Below are positions 1-12,948 of a DNA stretch of 64,000 nucleotides, piece after piece (the stretch's first letter is position 1; each line of letters opens with the position of its first letter). The notes beneath the pieces are model-generated. The model did no database searches. It was not told the origin of the DNA and worked only from the letters and a program-made list of their open reading frames with translations. The translations under genes and the position numbers were made by a program. Where the stretch lies: the NCBI GenBank assembly GCA_964016885.1, contig CAXHJY010000510.1:15154-79153 (forward strand). Direction: 5' to 3'. The DNA comes from Eledone cirrhosa (Eukaryota).

Positions 1-475
1 CCAACACCATCACTACCATCGCAGAAGAAAAAGTCAAGACATTTTATTTTCCTTACACTTTTCTATATATATATATAGAGTACAGTATATATATATATAT
101 ACACACACACTTTTAATTAAACAAGACATATATACATACAAAGACTACATATATACACACACTTCTAATTAGACAAATTAACACAGAGATACCGCAAAGT
201 ACCGGCTCTCTGCGTTCTCAGTTCAAATGCCGGCAGGTGATTAGGTAGGCCCAGCTGATGTAAAACCACACAAAAAGATAACGACAGCGTCTCGAGTCAA
301 CCAAACATTAAATAAGACTAGTTTCTGGTAAACTACAAGAAACGTTAATGTCCACAATCCAGCGGAGATACCTCTATACAGTTGGTGGACCTGCTAGAAA
401 TAGCAGTTAAATTTACAAGAACGTACAGCCTAGTTTTCAAAAAAAAAAAATGTATTACGTGTAGCGCAAGACTCT

Positions 476-557
<82 letters not shown>

Positions 558-1318
558 TCTCTCGTGTATTGTGTATATGAATGGTGTTTCGTAAAGGCCC
601 TGCTTGGTCTGACGTGCGCGTTGTGGTTAGAGCTGGGCTATATTTCAGGAAGTGGCCAGAGGAGGTATTGAATATTTTGTAAGAGATTTACATATGTTTA
701 GTCATAATTAAGTGTAGTTTTTCATTACTGAAATATTCCTTATGGAAGGTGATAGACATGGTTAAAATTTGTTCTGGTAATACAAGCTGTCTCTAGTTAG
801 AATCGATCCTGGTTAAGATTTAAATTTTACGATTATTTTGGAATAGTAAACGTGTTTATTTATTTATTTATTTACTGTTGTTATTGTTATTGGCGTTGTT
901 GACGTTAGGCCATTACATTTACTCAAGTTCGTTATTAAGGGCTTTAGTAAATTAGATTTATTTATTTACAATTTATAGTTTCATTGTTGTACTTATTAAA
1001 CTCATGGATTGTATATACATGCTTTTATTTACTGCGGAGTGAAAATTCAATCTTCATTATATCAATCTGCCCACATTCAACCCGTATAGTTACATATATA
1101 CGTTATTATATGGTTTTGTGTATTCATGTTCATTTATTATAAATTTTAACTAATTGCAATCTTGTAATTATTCTATTTGCCCCGATGATTTAGTGGTGTT
1201 TCCCAATATATCTGCTTTAAACTATTTACTGCAGAGCTCCGCGTAGCCAATGTCCCAATATTTGTAGTCGCTGTACTATGTATGTTATAGAACGAATAGA
1301 CTTCGGACGAAAGAATAT

Positions 1319-3590
1319 ACTGAATGGTATTTCCGAATTTTATTCCGTTCGGCAGCTGAAGCAGTGACCCCCCCCCCCCCCCCCCCCCCCCATTCACCGC
1401 GGCGTCCATGATGTAGGAGGGAGCAAAAGAGTCACTGACTGTGACGTCCCAGATGAGACACCTACCTCTCACCTTGGGACCAATCCATCACTTCTGGATA
1501 AACCAGCCGGTTCCAGAACTGTGGGGATATTAACCCGAGCTAGCATCATCCAGATACCAGACATTCAGATCCAGGTCAGCTTCCAACTTGCTGACGTCTT
1601 CAATGCCTAGAGCGAAAAGAGCAGAACCAAGCAGGTCACTCTATTGGACCCCTGTAGCAGATAGAAGGAGATAATCACCGAAGGTGAGGTAGGAGGGCTC
1701 TCGGTCGGCTTGCCAAGCAAAGTGGTAAAGCTGCGGGAGCCCCCTCCTTTACTGAACAGAGGATAGCATCCCGACTGATGGAATTAAAAGCATTCCTGAG
1801 GTCCAGCTTAAGAATGACTTTGGGGGGTTCGGAAAGCAAGTTGGTAAATGCTCTGGCGGCGTGAGCGGCAGCCTCACAACCCAGCTTGGTACCTACCCCT
1901 AGCTGAATAGATGGATATTCGGTGGACAGGCTGTCTGAAATCGAAGACAGACATACCTTCGCAGTGTGCTCCCAATTGCTATAGGGTAGAGGTTACCGTT
2001 GGGCTTTGTGAGACCAAACAGTTTAGCTCCCAAAACAGGGGGCGGATATAAGAGAGGACTTCTCAGACGAGAACAGGTTAGTGAAGTAGGTGAGATTCTC
2101 AAAGAGCTCAAGGCCGGCATCTCCGGTCGACAAGGAGTCACCATCCTTGAGGTGCTGAGGTCGAAGACCATCAATCCTTGCACCAGAACCCATCGGGAAG
2201 GATATTATCACCTTCCTGGCGATAGCTGGGGTGAGGCCAAGTTTCAAATACCTTGGTGGATCGGGCCAGCGTAAGTGGTCATTCGGAGGAGCCAGAGGAT
2301 GTTTCACTCTCAGTCGGTTGAGTGACTCTGTAGTGCACTGGGTGAGGGATGACAGAGAGGAGGCGAACAGCCCCTTTTTTCTCATTGAATTTAGCATTGA
2401 CGGCCTTCTTTAAGTTCGGCGATCAAACATTGGTTGGAACTGAGTTGATCGCCGACCAGAGATGAGCAGTAGTTGGGGTTGAATCAAACAACTCAAACTG
2501 TCGTTTTAGGGAGGATGTGAGGGATCCAGATTTCACGTTGGACACATGGAGAGAGACTAAGGGGAACAAGAATAGTTTCTGCCAATCCAAGATGTCGTTG
2601 GATAGGCAAACGTTCTTCAGCAGCTAGGAGAAAGTACGGGCGAAACTGGTCCGAGCTCCTTTTGGGATCTTGTTGATGAGTTTTAACTTAGATAAGTCCC
2701 GGAGAGCAGTGGCAAAGTCCTCAACAGAAATCTGAACGCCAGAGTTAGGTTCTGACCTGCAAAGGGAACCGAAGCTGAAGTGACATTGGTTACATCTCCA
2801 GTTTGAGAAACTTCTGCCTTGTACCTTAATAATGCTAACACAGCTCCTGTGGTAGTTTTGATGGCAGGAGTGACATGTGAGTGTCTTTAGGTAACGACTG
2901 GTTCGGGAGCAGAGGGCGCAGTTTGGTGGTGAATTGGCAACATCTGAGGAGTCGACGTTAGAATTAGGGTTCAGATGGGGGGGGACGGTGTAGGTAGGTT
3001 TACGATAGCGATAGAGGAGGGACCCGAGTGATCAGCACTAACTCTGAATTTTGACAGAATCCGGCGATGGAGGTGGGAGAGGAGAGATATGGCGATGCAA
3101 GTTAGCTCCCTTGGAATGAAGCGGGAGTGTTGGGGAATGGGGGGATAAAGGTTGATAGGATGTGACGAAACCCTTTAACCATGCGGGTCTCCTAGTCACT
3201 CGACGTATGACCTTAAAATAATTTAGATTTAAATTTAAATTCAAGACTGAATGTTGTGTGTTTAAATATATAAAACAGTAAAATTCAAAAACTGCAAAAA
3301 TAGAACAATGAGACACTAAAACGTTGAAGAGAGGAAGTTGAAAACTGGAAGAGGAATCCTGGGATATACCAAACGAAGAAATGTTGAGATAGGTGTTGTG
3401 TGTGTGTGTGTCAACATTTAAAACAGTAAGTTCGGTAAAAGTATAAAGTACAAAAATAAAGCCGTGAATTGTATTGAAGAGAGGAGCTGAAATTGAAGAA
3501 AGAATTTTGAGATGTATCAAAAGTAGCGGAGGAGAAATAGATTTAATGCATTCACGAAACACGTGTTACGCGAGGTTACGAATAAAATAT
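1319..3590 (-). mobile_element. CRE-clade-like non-LTR retrotransposon, inverted 5' part (5'UTR, PHD finger, RT, start of RLE endonuclease); decayed and internally deleted
   Basis: Minus-strand motifs NKIPKGAR, GSGARIDGLRPQHLKD, KPNGNLYPIAIGSTLRR, WYLDDA, then directly LEPAGLS...RGRCLIWDVTVSDSFAPSY...AERNKIRKY; frameshifts and stops. Confidence 0.85.
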
Positions 3591-3600
3591 CAAACTGAAA

Positions 3601-4650
3601 CTTCGATCACTCAGCCTGTGGCGCTCAAGACGTTTGGTGGAGTTGGGCCGCTGGCATCAAAGTTCTTGTCTTCACTGGCAGCTCACCTTACTGAGGTTCG
3701 GGTGATGCCCGTGACGGTGCCTGGTTATTTCGGCGCCTTAGCCTCGCCTTACTGGGGTGTCGGGCGATGCCCGTGAGGGTGCCTGGTTATTTCGGCGCCT
3801 TAGCCTCGCCTTACTGGGGTGTCAGGTGATGCCCGTGAGGGTGCCTGGTTATTTCGGCGCCTTAGCCTCGCCTTACTGGGGTGTCAGGTGATGCCCGTGA
3901 GGGTGCCTGGTTATTTCGGCGCCTTAGCCTCGCCTTACTGAGATGTCAGGTGTTGCCCGTGAGGGTGCCTGGTTATTTCAGTACCTTAGCCTCCCCTTAC
4001 TGAGATGTCAGGTGTTGCCCGTGACGGTGCCTGGTTATTTCGGCGCCTTAGCCTCGCCTTACTGGGGTGTCAGGTGATGCCCGTGAGGGTGCCTGGTTAT
4101 TTCAGTACCTTAGCCTCGCCTTACTGGGGTGTCGGGCGATGCCCGTGAGGGTGCCTGGTTATTTCAGTACCTTAGCCTCGCCTTACTGGGGTGTCGGGCG
4201 ATGCCCGTGAGGGTGCCTGGTTATTTCAGTACCTTAGCCTCGCCTTACTGGGGTGTCGGGCGATGCCCGTGAGGGTGCCTGGTTATTTCAGTACCTGAGC
4301 CTCCCCTTACTGAGATGTGAGGGTGCCTGGTTATTTCAGTACCTTAGCCTCCCCTTACTGAGATGTCAGGTGTTGCCCGTGAGGGTGCCTGGTTATTTCA
4401 GTGCCTTAGCCTCCCCTTACTGAGATGTCAGGTGTTGCCCGTGAGGGTGCCTGGTTATTTCAGTGCCTTAGCCTCGCCATCACCCGTGGTAATGCCGCCA
4501 GCGTGTTGGCTTACCTGCAAGTGTGTAGTTAACCCCTAAGGTGTGCGGTGTTGCCGATTATCACACTTGGTAGTGAATCCCCCCCACCCTCTATTTTCCT
4601 TCTCTTTTCTTTCCTTTATCATTTTTGTTCATGAATTAATATTATACACG
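3601..4650 (+). mobile_element. 3' end of the same CRE-like element (RLE C-terminus and 3'UTR) in the opposite orientation
   Basis: QPVALKTFGGVGPLASKFLSSLAAHLTE...GDAREGAWLFRRLSLAITRGNAASVLA...* (stop near 4531), the C-terminal motif expected after the KY that ends the minus-strand part. Confidence 0.8.
3686..4478 (+). repeat. 62-bp tandem array (~13 units) amplified from CRE endonuclease coding sequence
   Basis: Unit ccttactggggtgtcaggtgatgcccgtgagggtgcctggttatttcggcgccttagcctcg; gcctggttat recurs at 3781, 3843, 3905 and onward. Confidence 0.95.
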
Positions 4651-5164
4651 GTTTAGACATATTTGTCCCTCTGAACGAATTGCGAGCATTTTTTTAATAA
4701 AATGGTTGTATTAAAAAATATACATGCGTTGGTGTTAAGCTGGTATTGGATGCAAGCATACACATAATTACGAATGTTGGAAAATATATGGTAACGACCA
4801 TGTTTTTATAAATTATGCTTAAATGGTCTACCCTATACGAACATATAAATCTGCATACATATAAACATGTATAGGAGTGTTCATCTTTCTTCATATATAC
4901 GTGGCTACACACATACATGTGTTACAACGAAAGGGGAGCAACCCATTAGAATGTTAAGGCAAACCCGACATAATAATTCAGCCAAGTGTTCAACTATAGG
5001 ACTATGATAAGACTGGTTTTAACCAGTTCAACAGTGAACTAGTGTGCCCTGTATTACAGTCATAATTATAACATGGTGTTGTTCGTGGACTTAGTTTAAA
5101 TCTAAAGGTTTTAACTATTGTTCTATCTTAAATGAATCGTAGAATCTATAGTCTCATAGAATCA

Positions 5165-5364
5165 ATATTATGCGAGATAAACCCTTTACCATGAAAATAC
5201 AATAGTATATATAGAGTAATGTAAATGTTATGTGAGATATTATGTGAGGTAAAGCCTTTACTGTGAAAATACAATAGTATATATAGAGTAATGTAGATGT
5301 TATGTGAGATATTATGTGAGGGAAAGCCTTTACTGTGAAAATAAAATAGTATATATAGAGTAAT
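5165..5364. repeat. 72-bp minisatellite, left part (~3 units)
   Basis: Unit tactgtgaaaatacaatagtatatatagagtaatgtaaatgttatgtgagatattatgtgaggtaaagcctt. Confidence 0.95.
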
Positions 5365-5600
5365 TTCTTTATTTGCCACCAGGGCACACAAGGTAGGGAC
5401 AGATACAAGGGGGGAAGTTTACATATATAATTAACGAGTACAAAAATATAACAATGAAATAACAACAACAAACGAAGTCCTCAATAGGGAGGGGGCATTA
5501 ACATGGGTCGCACACACCCCGGAAAAAATGTGCAACCCTTCTCCTCAGGAGCACAAAGAGTAGGTGCTTCCCTCGTCTCCTCTTTTTCCTCTTCTTTCAC

Positions 5601-8600
5601 CTACAGGCTGATATAGAGAGAAGACCCGTTCACTCTGGCCATTCTCCCTACTTTCACCCACCTTTCATAAAACTTGCTGGGGTAGAGCACCTCTCTCTCC
5701 ATTCTGATCCTTCTTTTAAAATGGTATTTGAAAAAGGGACCAGTTGTTGGCCGGAGAGAAAGGTGTCTGACCTCAGCCCTTTCAGCCTCGTCCACCATAC
5801 AACTTCTTTAGCCATGGCTATCACACAGAGAAAAACCGCCTCTCCTTCGTTTTTGAAAGGGGGAGGCGGTTTGATCGTGACAATGGACTCGGTGGTCAAC
5901 CGGATTGGTCCCACCCTCGATAGTAGTCGTTCCACATAGCCCCACAGGTCAGCAATGCCTGGGCAGTGTACGAATGCGTGCGCAACGGTTTCGTCGTCAT
6001 GCACGCATCTCGGACAGATCTTATTCAAAGGATCCCTACCCAGGCTCCCATGCCTGTGGAGCTTGTCTCGAACGGGTAGAGCCCCTCGGTAGCACTGCCA
6101 AGCCAGGGACTTTTGGAAGTTGTCGATCGGTCCAGGGCCAAACGTCCTACCGAACAGACTGGCCAGTTCATCTTCCTCCATGCCTAGAGCTTCTCCGAGA
6201 GCATCGTCGCACCTGCTGCGTACCAACCCTCTATAGAATGTCGAGGTGGAGTCTCCACTGATTGCCGGGTCCGCTTTCCAGAGGGCCGTGAGCGCCTGGG
6301 CACATTCAATGTGCCAGTCGCCTACTTTTCTCGGTCTTTGCTTGACCCAGGATTGCAGCTCGGTGAGCGAGACGAGTCTGGGAAAGGCTCGCCTCACAAA
6401 CGGGGCCCACACCGGCTGACCGGTGAGGAATACCTGGAGGTGCCGTAGCCTTAATGCGTGTTTACGCATCTGTAGCCACGGCATCCCCAGCCCTCCTTTC
6501 GAAGGGTGTTGACAGCAGATGGATCTCCTCACCAAAAGGGTCCACTTGTTCCAAAGAAATTGGAACAGCGCGCACTCCATTTTGGCGAGTCTTTTCACTG
6601 GGCAAGGCACGACGGTCAAGCGGTAGTAGATGACGGATGCTATATAAGTATTCGCCACCTCCGCTCGACCTTTCAGGGATAGTTTGCACTGGGCCCACTT
6701 CTGGGTGAGTGCAAACACCCTGGCCATTACCTCGTTCCAGTTTTTCTACACCTGGAGGTCTGGTCCGAACCAGACCCCAAGCAGCTTCACTGGGCCCTCC
6801 GTCCAGCGTCCGACGACGTCATTGGAGGGCATCGGTTTGCCTCTCCATGTTCCGAGTTGCAAACCGACGGACTTGTCCCGGTTCAGCTTGGCTCCTGTAA
6901 ACCTTTCATATTCCTCCAGTAAGGTGCCGATCTCACCGATTTGCGAGGTTTTCGACACCATTACTGTCACGTCATCGGCGTAGGCCGACGCCGCTTTCTG
7001 CAATCCCAGTTCCAAAGGGATGCCCTGCAACCGCTCCAACTTCCGCAGTAGTGGCTCAAGAGCCAGCACATACAGAAGGGAGGAGAGAGGGCATCCCTGT
7101 CGGATGGATCGCATGATTTGGAACGGCTCCGAGAAATGGCCGTTCACCTTGACCCTTGAGCAGACGTTGCTGCTGTGCATCGCAGCAATCCAACCCCTGA
7201 AAACGGGTCCGAAGCCTGCCGTTGCGAGCACCGCATCCAGGTAACGATGGTCAACCCTATCGAAAGCTTTAGATTGATCCAAGTTGATCAGGGCCCCACC
7301 AAAGCCGGGTTCATTCCCTACCCTCTCTATGATGTATCGCATAAGGTGGAGATTGTCGTGAATGAACCTGGACGGGATTGCGCATGTCTGCGCTTCTCCC
7401 ACCAGGTTTCCGACGACAAGCGCCAACCTCTTCGCTAACACCTTGGCCAAAATCTTTAACTCTGTATTTAGCAGAGTTATGGGCCTGAAGTTACTTATGT
7501 CATCCCCCTTGTTCTCATCCTTCCTCACCAGCGTAACTACGCCCTTGGTCACAGAACTGGGAATTCTCCCGTTCTGCTGCCAGTTGCAGTAGACCGCTTC
7601 GAGGATATCGGAGAACAAGTCCGGCATCACTACATATAGCTCGTATGGTAGACCATCGAGACCCGGGGATTTGCGTTTGCCGCATTGGCTCAGCGCCGCC
7701 CCTATCTCAGCAGCTGAAATCGTCCTTTCGCAGGACTTCGCCTCCGCGACCGAGAGGCGCGGCAGGCCGTCGAGGTATGGATTGAAATCCATAGTCTCAC
7801 CCGGCGCGCCGCCCCTCTCGAACAGTCGTGCAAAGTCCCGCTGAAAGGCCGCACACATCTGCCCAGGTTCAAGGATCACACGCCCATCCTGGTCCTTCAA
7901 AGACCGAATCGTGGACTTGTTCCCACTTTTTGCCTCTGTCACTCGGGCCCAGCTAACAGCTTTGGCTCCCTCATTACCCAGAGCACGTATTTTACTTCTG
8001 ACAACGCAGCCTTCATGCTTCACCTCAAAGAACTGGTCTAAGGCCATTCTTGATGCCAGCACGCTGGCTACATTGTCACTCCTAATCGCCTCTTCTACTC
8101 TATCTACTAATTCCCTTTCCGTCTTGTTCCTATCCCTTGCTAATTCCTGACTAAAACCTATCGATTCTATTCTAATTGCTCTCTTAAGAGAGCTCCACCA
8201 CCTGTTGTTGACAATTGCCCCTGTCAAACTCTGCTTAACTAACGTGCTAATCCGTTTACTGTAAGCTTTGCTTGTCGGTAAGGACAAGTTCAGCTTCCAG
8301 TAACCGGGTCCCTGTCTATGGGTTCTATTAAGGTTGGCTATGCAGGTCACTAACTTGTGATCCGAATAGTCAACCATGAACATTTTTGGACAGCTAAATG
8401 TGTCCCTATCCTTCTCTCTAACTAGGACCCTATCTAGGTACGACCTAGATGTTCTGCTGCGATTGGTCCACGTCCATAGTGGTACAGTCGGAAAATCTAG
8501 TCGATATCTATCGGCCAGGTCAAATCGGCCGATTAACCTTTTGAGGCTTTTACACCCCCCTCTATTGGCACATGCCCCTACATAGTCCCAACGTGCATCC

Positions 8601-9026
8601 AGGATACCATTCCAGTCCCCCACTAAAAGCAAGGAGCGGGACGTTCCCAGAAAAGTTTCCAGACGTTGGAAGTATTCCGGCCGTGCTGCCCAAAAAGGGG
8701 CGTACACAGCTATTAGTCTAAGGGCTCCACTTTCACTACTGCCGACGTCTAAAACCACCAGTCGACCCTCCGGGTCCAGGTGCACCTTCTGTATGGTGTT
8801 TTCGCAGCAGAACGACAACTCCACCCCCACCCCCCGGTTGACAGAGAGATGCGAAGATCTCAAAGTCGTCGAAGAGGGGCGCCAGTTGGTGCTCGCTGCT
8901 GATCCTGGACTCGCAAATAGCCATTACATCCATTCTATGCGACCTGAGATCGTTTAAAAGTTTGCCTTGTTTCCAAGACAGTCCCATGCCGCGTACATTC
9001 AGACACCCAACTCTTATATCAGCCAT
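5601..9026 (-). pseudogene. Tx1/L1 ORF2: AP endonuclease, reverse transcriptase and C-terminal zinc finger, split over frames
   Basis: MADIRVGCLNVRG, GDWN, YLDRVLV, SDHK; SPGLDGL, RPITLLN, LDQSKAFDRVDH, RQGCPLS, YADDV; CPRC...ETVAHAFVHC. Pieces 8736-9026, 6746-8863, 5654-6727, 5601-5798. Confidence 0.93.
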
Positions 9027-9047
9027 GTTGGTTAAAAGAGGAAGGAC

Positions 9048-10620
9048 CTACCTGTTCGGCTCCTGAGGAGCAGGTTGCACAATATCCATGGGCGTATTGG
9101 AGGGGTTGTTTGGTGGGGTGTTGTTATGTGGTGGAGTGTGGGTGTTTGGTGAGGTGTGGGTGGGGAAACGTTTCAAGAGGACGCGGTTATAGGGTCGAGT
9201 ACATGTTTTCCCCACGTCCTCAGGAAAGTTCTCTCTTAGTTTTGCATAGGTGTCCATTCATAGGTGTCTTATCATTTTTAAATGCGGTTTGTTGGCCGCG
9301 CTTGCAAAGAATTGCCCTTCAGTTTCCACCGAAGGGTCTTTGTGTATTGTTTTTACTAGTTCTTTGTTATTTGTGTTAATGTATGTATACTGTTTTATTT
9401 GTGTTGTGTTTGTTTGTTGTTCTTGTGTGTACTTACGTTTTGTTGTATGTGTTATGTTTTGGGGTGGGGCGGATTTTGTTTGTTCTGTTTGCTTTGTTTT
9501 TGTTGGTGGTTGTGTGTTTGTTTCGTTTATGTTCGAGTGGTACTTTCTTTTTTTCCTTTTTACAGGTTGGAAGGGTCCCCCCTCTTCGTCACTAGGTGCC
9601 GTTTCAGCTGGGTCCTCGTCCGTGCTGTCGGGTAGTGGTGTATTTTGGGGTTTTGTTGTGTTTGTGTGTGTTTTGGGAGTTGTTTTGGGTGGGGCCGTGT
9701 CTTGTGTTATTTTTCCGTGTTGTTTTTGTTGTTGTTGTGGTGGTGGTAGTGGTGGTGGTGGTGGTGGTGTGTGGGGTGTAGGCAAAAGAGCCTTTTTTGT
9801 CAATTGAGGACAGGCAGCCCTTAGATGACCCCTGCTTGAACAGTAGTAACATATGGGCCTCCTACCCTCGGCTGAAATGTATATAAATGTTTCTCCATCG
9901 AGGGACACCCTCTGTGATATTCTAGCTATTCGTTCTGGTCTCATTTGGACCAGAACCTCCACGCTCAAACCGCCGAAAACGTCTATGGTGACTTCTCCTA
10001 CTGAGAGGATTCCGTCCTCGTCTTCTAAAAATCCTGTTAGTACCCAGGAAATGCATGCATTTGGCCGGATTCCGGAGACTCTTATTTTCTGCCTTCTTTT
10101 CCCCAAATATGTGGGGGAAAATGTGTGTAGCTTGGAAACAATTGGCGCCACAGAGTATTTCCTGGCCGTCAATTGATCCTTCATTAGCACCGTTATATTC
10201 CCATAGAGTGGCCCTTTTTGTATGAACGATATATCACTCCACACATTTTTTAGGACCAGCTCAATTTCTTTTGGGGATAATTGAGCTGGTTTCCTTGTTA
10301 TGTTGGAAATTGTTCTGAAAGATATCGTTCTTAGTGTCGTGTCTCTTTTGATTTCTTGTGGGGAGGTGATTGTGAAGTCTCCTCCTTCTTTGAAAGTTAC
10401 ATACTGTTTTGCTTCCTTCATCTTTTCTCTCAGAGTTGTAATGTCCAGTTGCTTGCAGGTCTGTGTTTTCCGCCCGCCTGTGCAAAGGAGGCACCAGTAG
10501 TGGGTTCGCTTTGTTTGGTGTTATCGTTATTTTTTCCTTGGTTGGTGTTGTGACTATTGCTGTTATTGTCATTGTTGTTTTTGTCTGCGTTTATGTGACT
10601 TTCTGGATTTTCACCCATTT
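9048..10620 (-). pseudogene. Tx1/L1 ORF1 (gag-like nucleic-acid-binding protein), frameshifted
   Basis: ORF 9258-10421 contains CYYCSSRGHLRAAC (CX2CX4HX4C) and a P/T/K-rich tail; lies directly upstream of ORF2. Confidence 0.85.
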
Positions 10621-10978
10621 TTACAAATTTTTCTTTTAATTCCGTGTTCCATGTTTCTTTTGCAGAAGTGAGGAGGGAAGACTTAGAGCCTTGTGCTTCT
10701 AGCTTCTCTGTATCACCTTTCTTAGGGGGCGTGGCTTTCTCGTTAGGATGAGATGTGAAAATTCCGTCTATTTCTATCGTTTGCCATAATAAATTTTTAA
10801 CTGGAAAATTCGCCCCAAAAAGGGGCGAAAATAAATAAACTCAAAGTTTGACGACCAAGGCAAGGGGTTAACGTATATTACAGTATAAAAAAATTAATCA
10901 AAACTCACTTTTGAGTAAGTAAATCCAACTCGGTAGCCGAGCTTGTTCACACACGTCAACACACGTCTCTCGTATACG

Positions 10979-11621
10979 AGATGTTATGTGAGATATTATG
11001 TGAGGTAAAGCCTTTACTGTGAAAATACAATAGTATATATAGAGTAATGTAAATGTTATGTGAGATATTATGTGAGATAAACCCTTTACTGTGAAAATAC
11101 AATAGTAAATATAGAGTAATATAGATGTTATGTGAGATAAAACCTTTACTGTGAAAATAAAATAGTATATATAGAGTAATGTAGATGTTATGTGAGATAT
11201 TATGTGAGATAAACCCTTTACTGTGAAAATATAATAGTAAATATAGAGTAATGTAAATGTTATGTGAGATATTACGTGAGGTAAAGCCTTTACTGTGAAA
11301 ATACAATAGTATATATAGAGTAATGTAGATGTTATGTGAGATATTATGTGAGATAAACCCTTTACTGTGAAAATATAATAGTAAATATAGAGTAATGTAA
11401 ATGTTATGTGAGATATTATGTGAGGTAAAGCCTTTACTGTGAAAATACAATAGTATATATAGAGTAATGTAAATGTTATGTGAGATATTATGTGAGGTAA
11501 AGCCATTACTGTGAAAATACAATAGTATATATAGAGTAATGTAAATGTTATGTGAGATATTATGTGAGGTAAAGCCTTTACCATGAAAATACAATAGTAT
11601 ATATAGAGTTATGTAAATGTT
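10979..11621. repeat. 72-bp minisatellite, right part (~9 units)
   Basis: Same unit as 5165-5364; explains spurious ORFs 10898-11594. Confidence 0.95.
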
Positions 11622-12069
11622 AAAGGGTTAATTAGTACTTAGTATGTGAAGGTTCTATTACACAGAATTTATATCAGGCATTTACTAATGGCATTCAGGG
11701 GATTGCTCAATATGGAGTGAGTGCTACCTAGAGAAATTTGGGTGTACAGCCAATGACTTATCCTATAAGACTTGATTAGTATTACTCCAAAAGTAAAGAA
11801 GCAGGCAAAGCAAGTCAAAGCTGGTAAGGCTCAATTTAATATTTGTAACTAATTACTTGGTGTGTATCATGAGGATAGCTAACTTAGCATATATACTCAT
11901 ATATAAGCCAAGAAATATGACCAAAAGATTTGGTAAAATTACATAAATAGAGTACTAGCTAAGGTACCCGACTTCGCCCAGGCGAACAGTTAAGAAAAGA
12001 CGGATAAAAGAGAAAATGACTGTATTGGATGTGTTGTCTGGTTTACAGTATGAGGTGAGACCGAAATGT

Positions 12070-12119
<50 letters not shown>

Positions 12120-12814
12120 CAATCATAAAACTTCCTTATTAGGCTGGAGGAATAAACTGCCGATTAAATGGTAGCATTGGCCTTGGATTTTAAATGTTGT
12201 GAAATAACCATAGTCAGTTTGATCTTTTTCAGCCCCAAAGGACGTCATCTGAAACACAGCAATATACCACATAACATTGCTTCTGAAGTGTTTAGCTTCG
12301 TTAGTACGGTCTGTAAGCAATATATGGGTCCTCTATCAGTGGAAGTCTGACCTTTCCTCCTAAGCAACACATGCCAAGTGTAATATCCACGCTACCAATT
12401 GCAACTTTAGGACCATTTCTGTAATACTTCGATGAATCATATGAAAACGCAACTCTTAACCAGTTTATTCTGACTTGAAGAGTCGTTTGTGTTCATCGAG
12501 TTTACATCGCAACTGTCATTGTATCTTGGTGATTTTCATATTGAATCTCTATTTATTGCGATAGTCTTTCTTTTTGCCTCAATCTTTCTGTTTCCTGTCT
12601 CAAGTTCTGTACACTTTTAGAAAGTTGCGATCGTCTTTCTTGTTATCTTAATCTTTCTGTTTGCCGTCTCATATTCTGAATTAAGTCAATAATAACATGA
12701 CAATATCCTCAAAAAGATAAATTAATATACACCGTAGATTAAGTTCAAATAGTATCAATTTTTTTCTGTGTTCTGTAAAATCAAAGACTGTTGTAAAACG
12801 ACTTTACAAAAGAA

Positions 12815-12899
12815 ATTAAATTATAATTTTATTTCTCGCCCTAGCACAGCTGATACATAAATGTAAGTATGCACACATACACGTACACACACACCACCG

Positions 12900-12948
<49 letters not shown>

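Larger units (their letters stand above)
5365..10978 (-). mobile_element. Near full-length L1/Tx1-like LINE (5.6 kb) with a few frameshifts
   Basis: 5'UTR, ORF1 with CCHC knuckle, ORF2 APE-RT-zinc finger, 3' end AATAAAGAAA; flanked on both sides by the same 72-bp minisatellite. Confidence 0.93.

Noticed and set aside
3038-3562. 174-aa minus-strand ORF as a CRE ORF1
   Set aside because: Non-ATG start, UTR-like composition, no recognisable domain.
11030-11050. Motif tagtatata..gtaatgt shared by the 72-bp and 53-bp arrays
   Set aside because: Short and AT-rich; in the 53-bp array it is created by the repeat junction, so probably coincidence.
10898-11594. 228-aa and 212-aa repetitive ORFs
   Set aside because: Open frames arise from the 72-bp (multiple of 3) minisatellite.
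11680-11830. Possible host exon (cag|GGGATTGCT...|gtgagt or gtaagg)
   Set aside because: Weak polypyrimidine tract, stops in the longer version, no recognisable protein.
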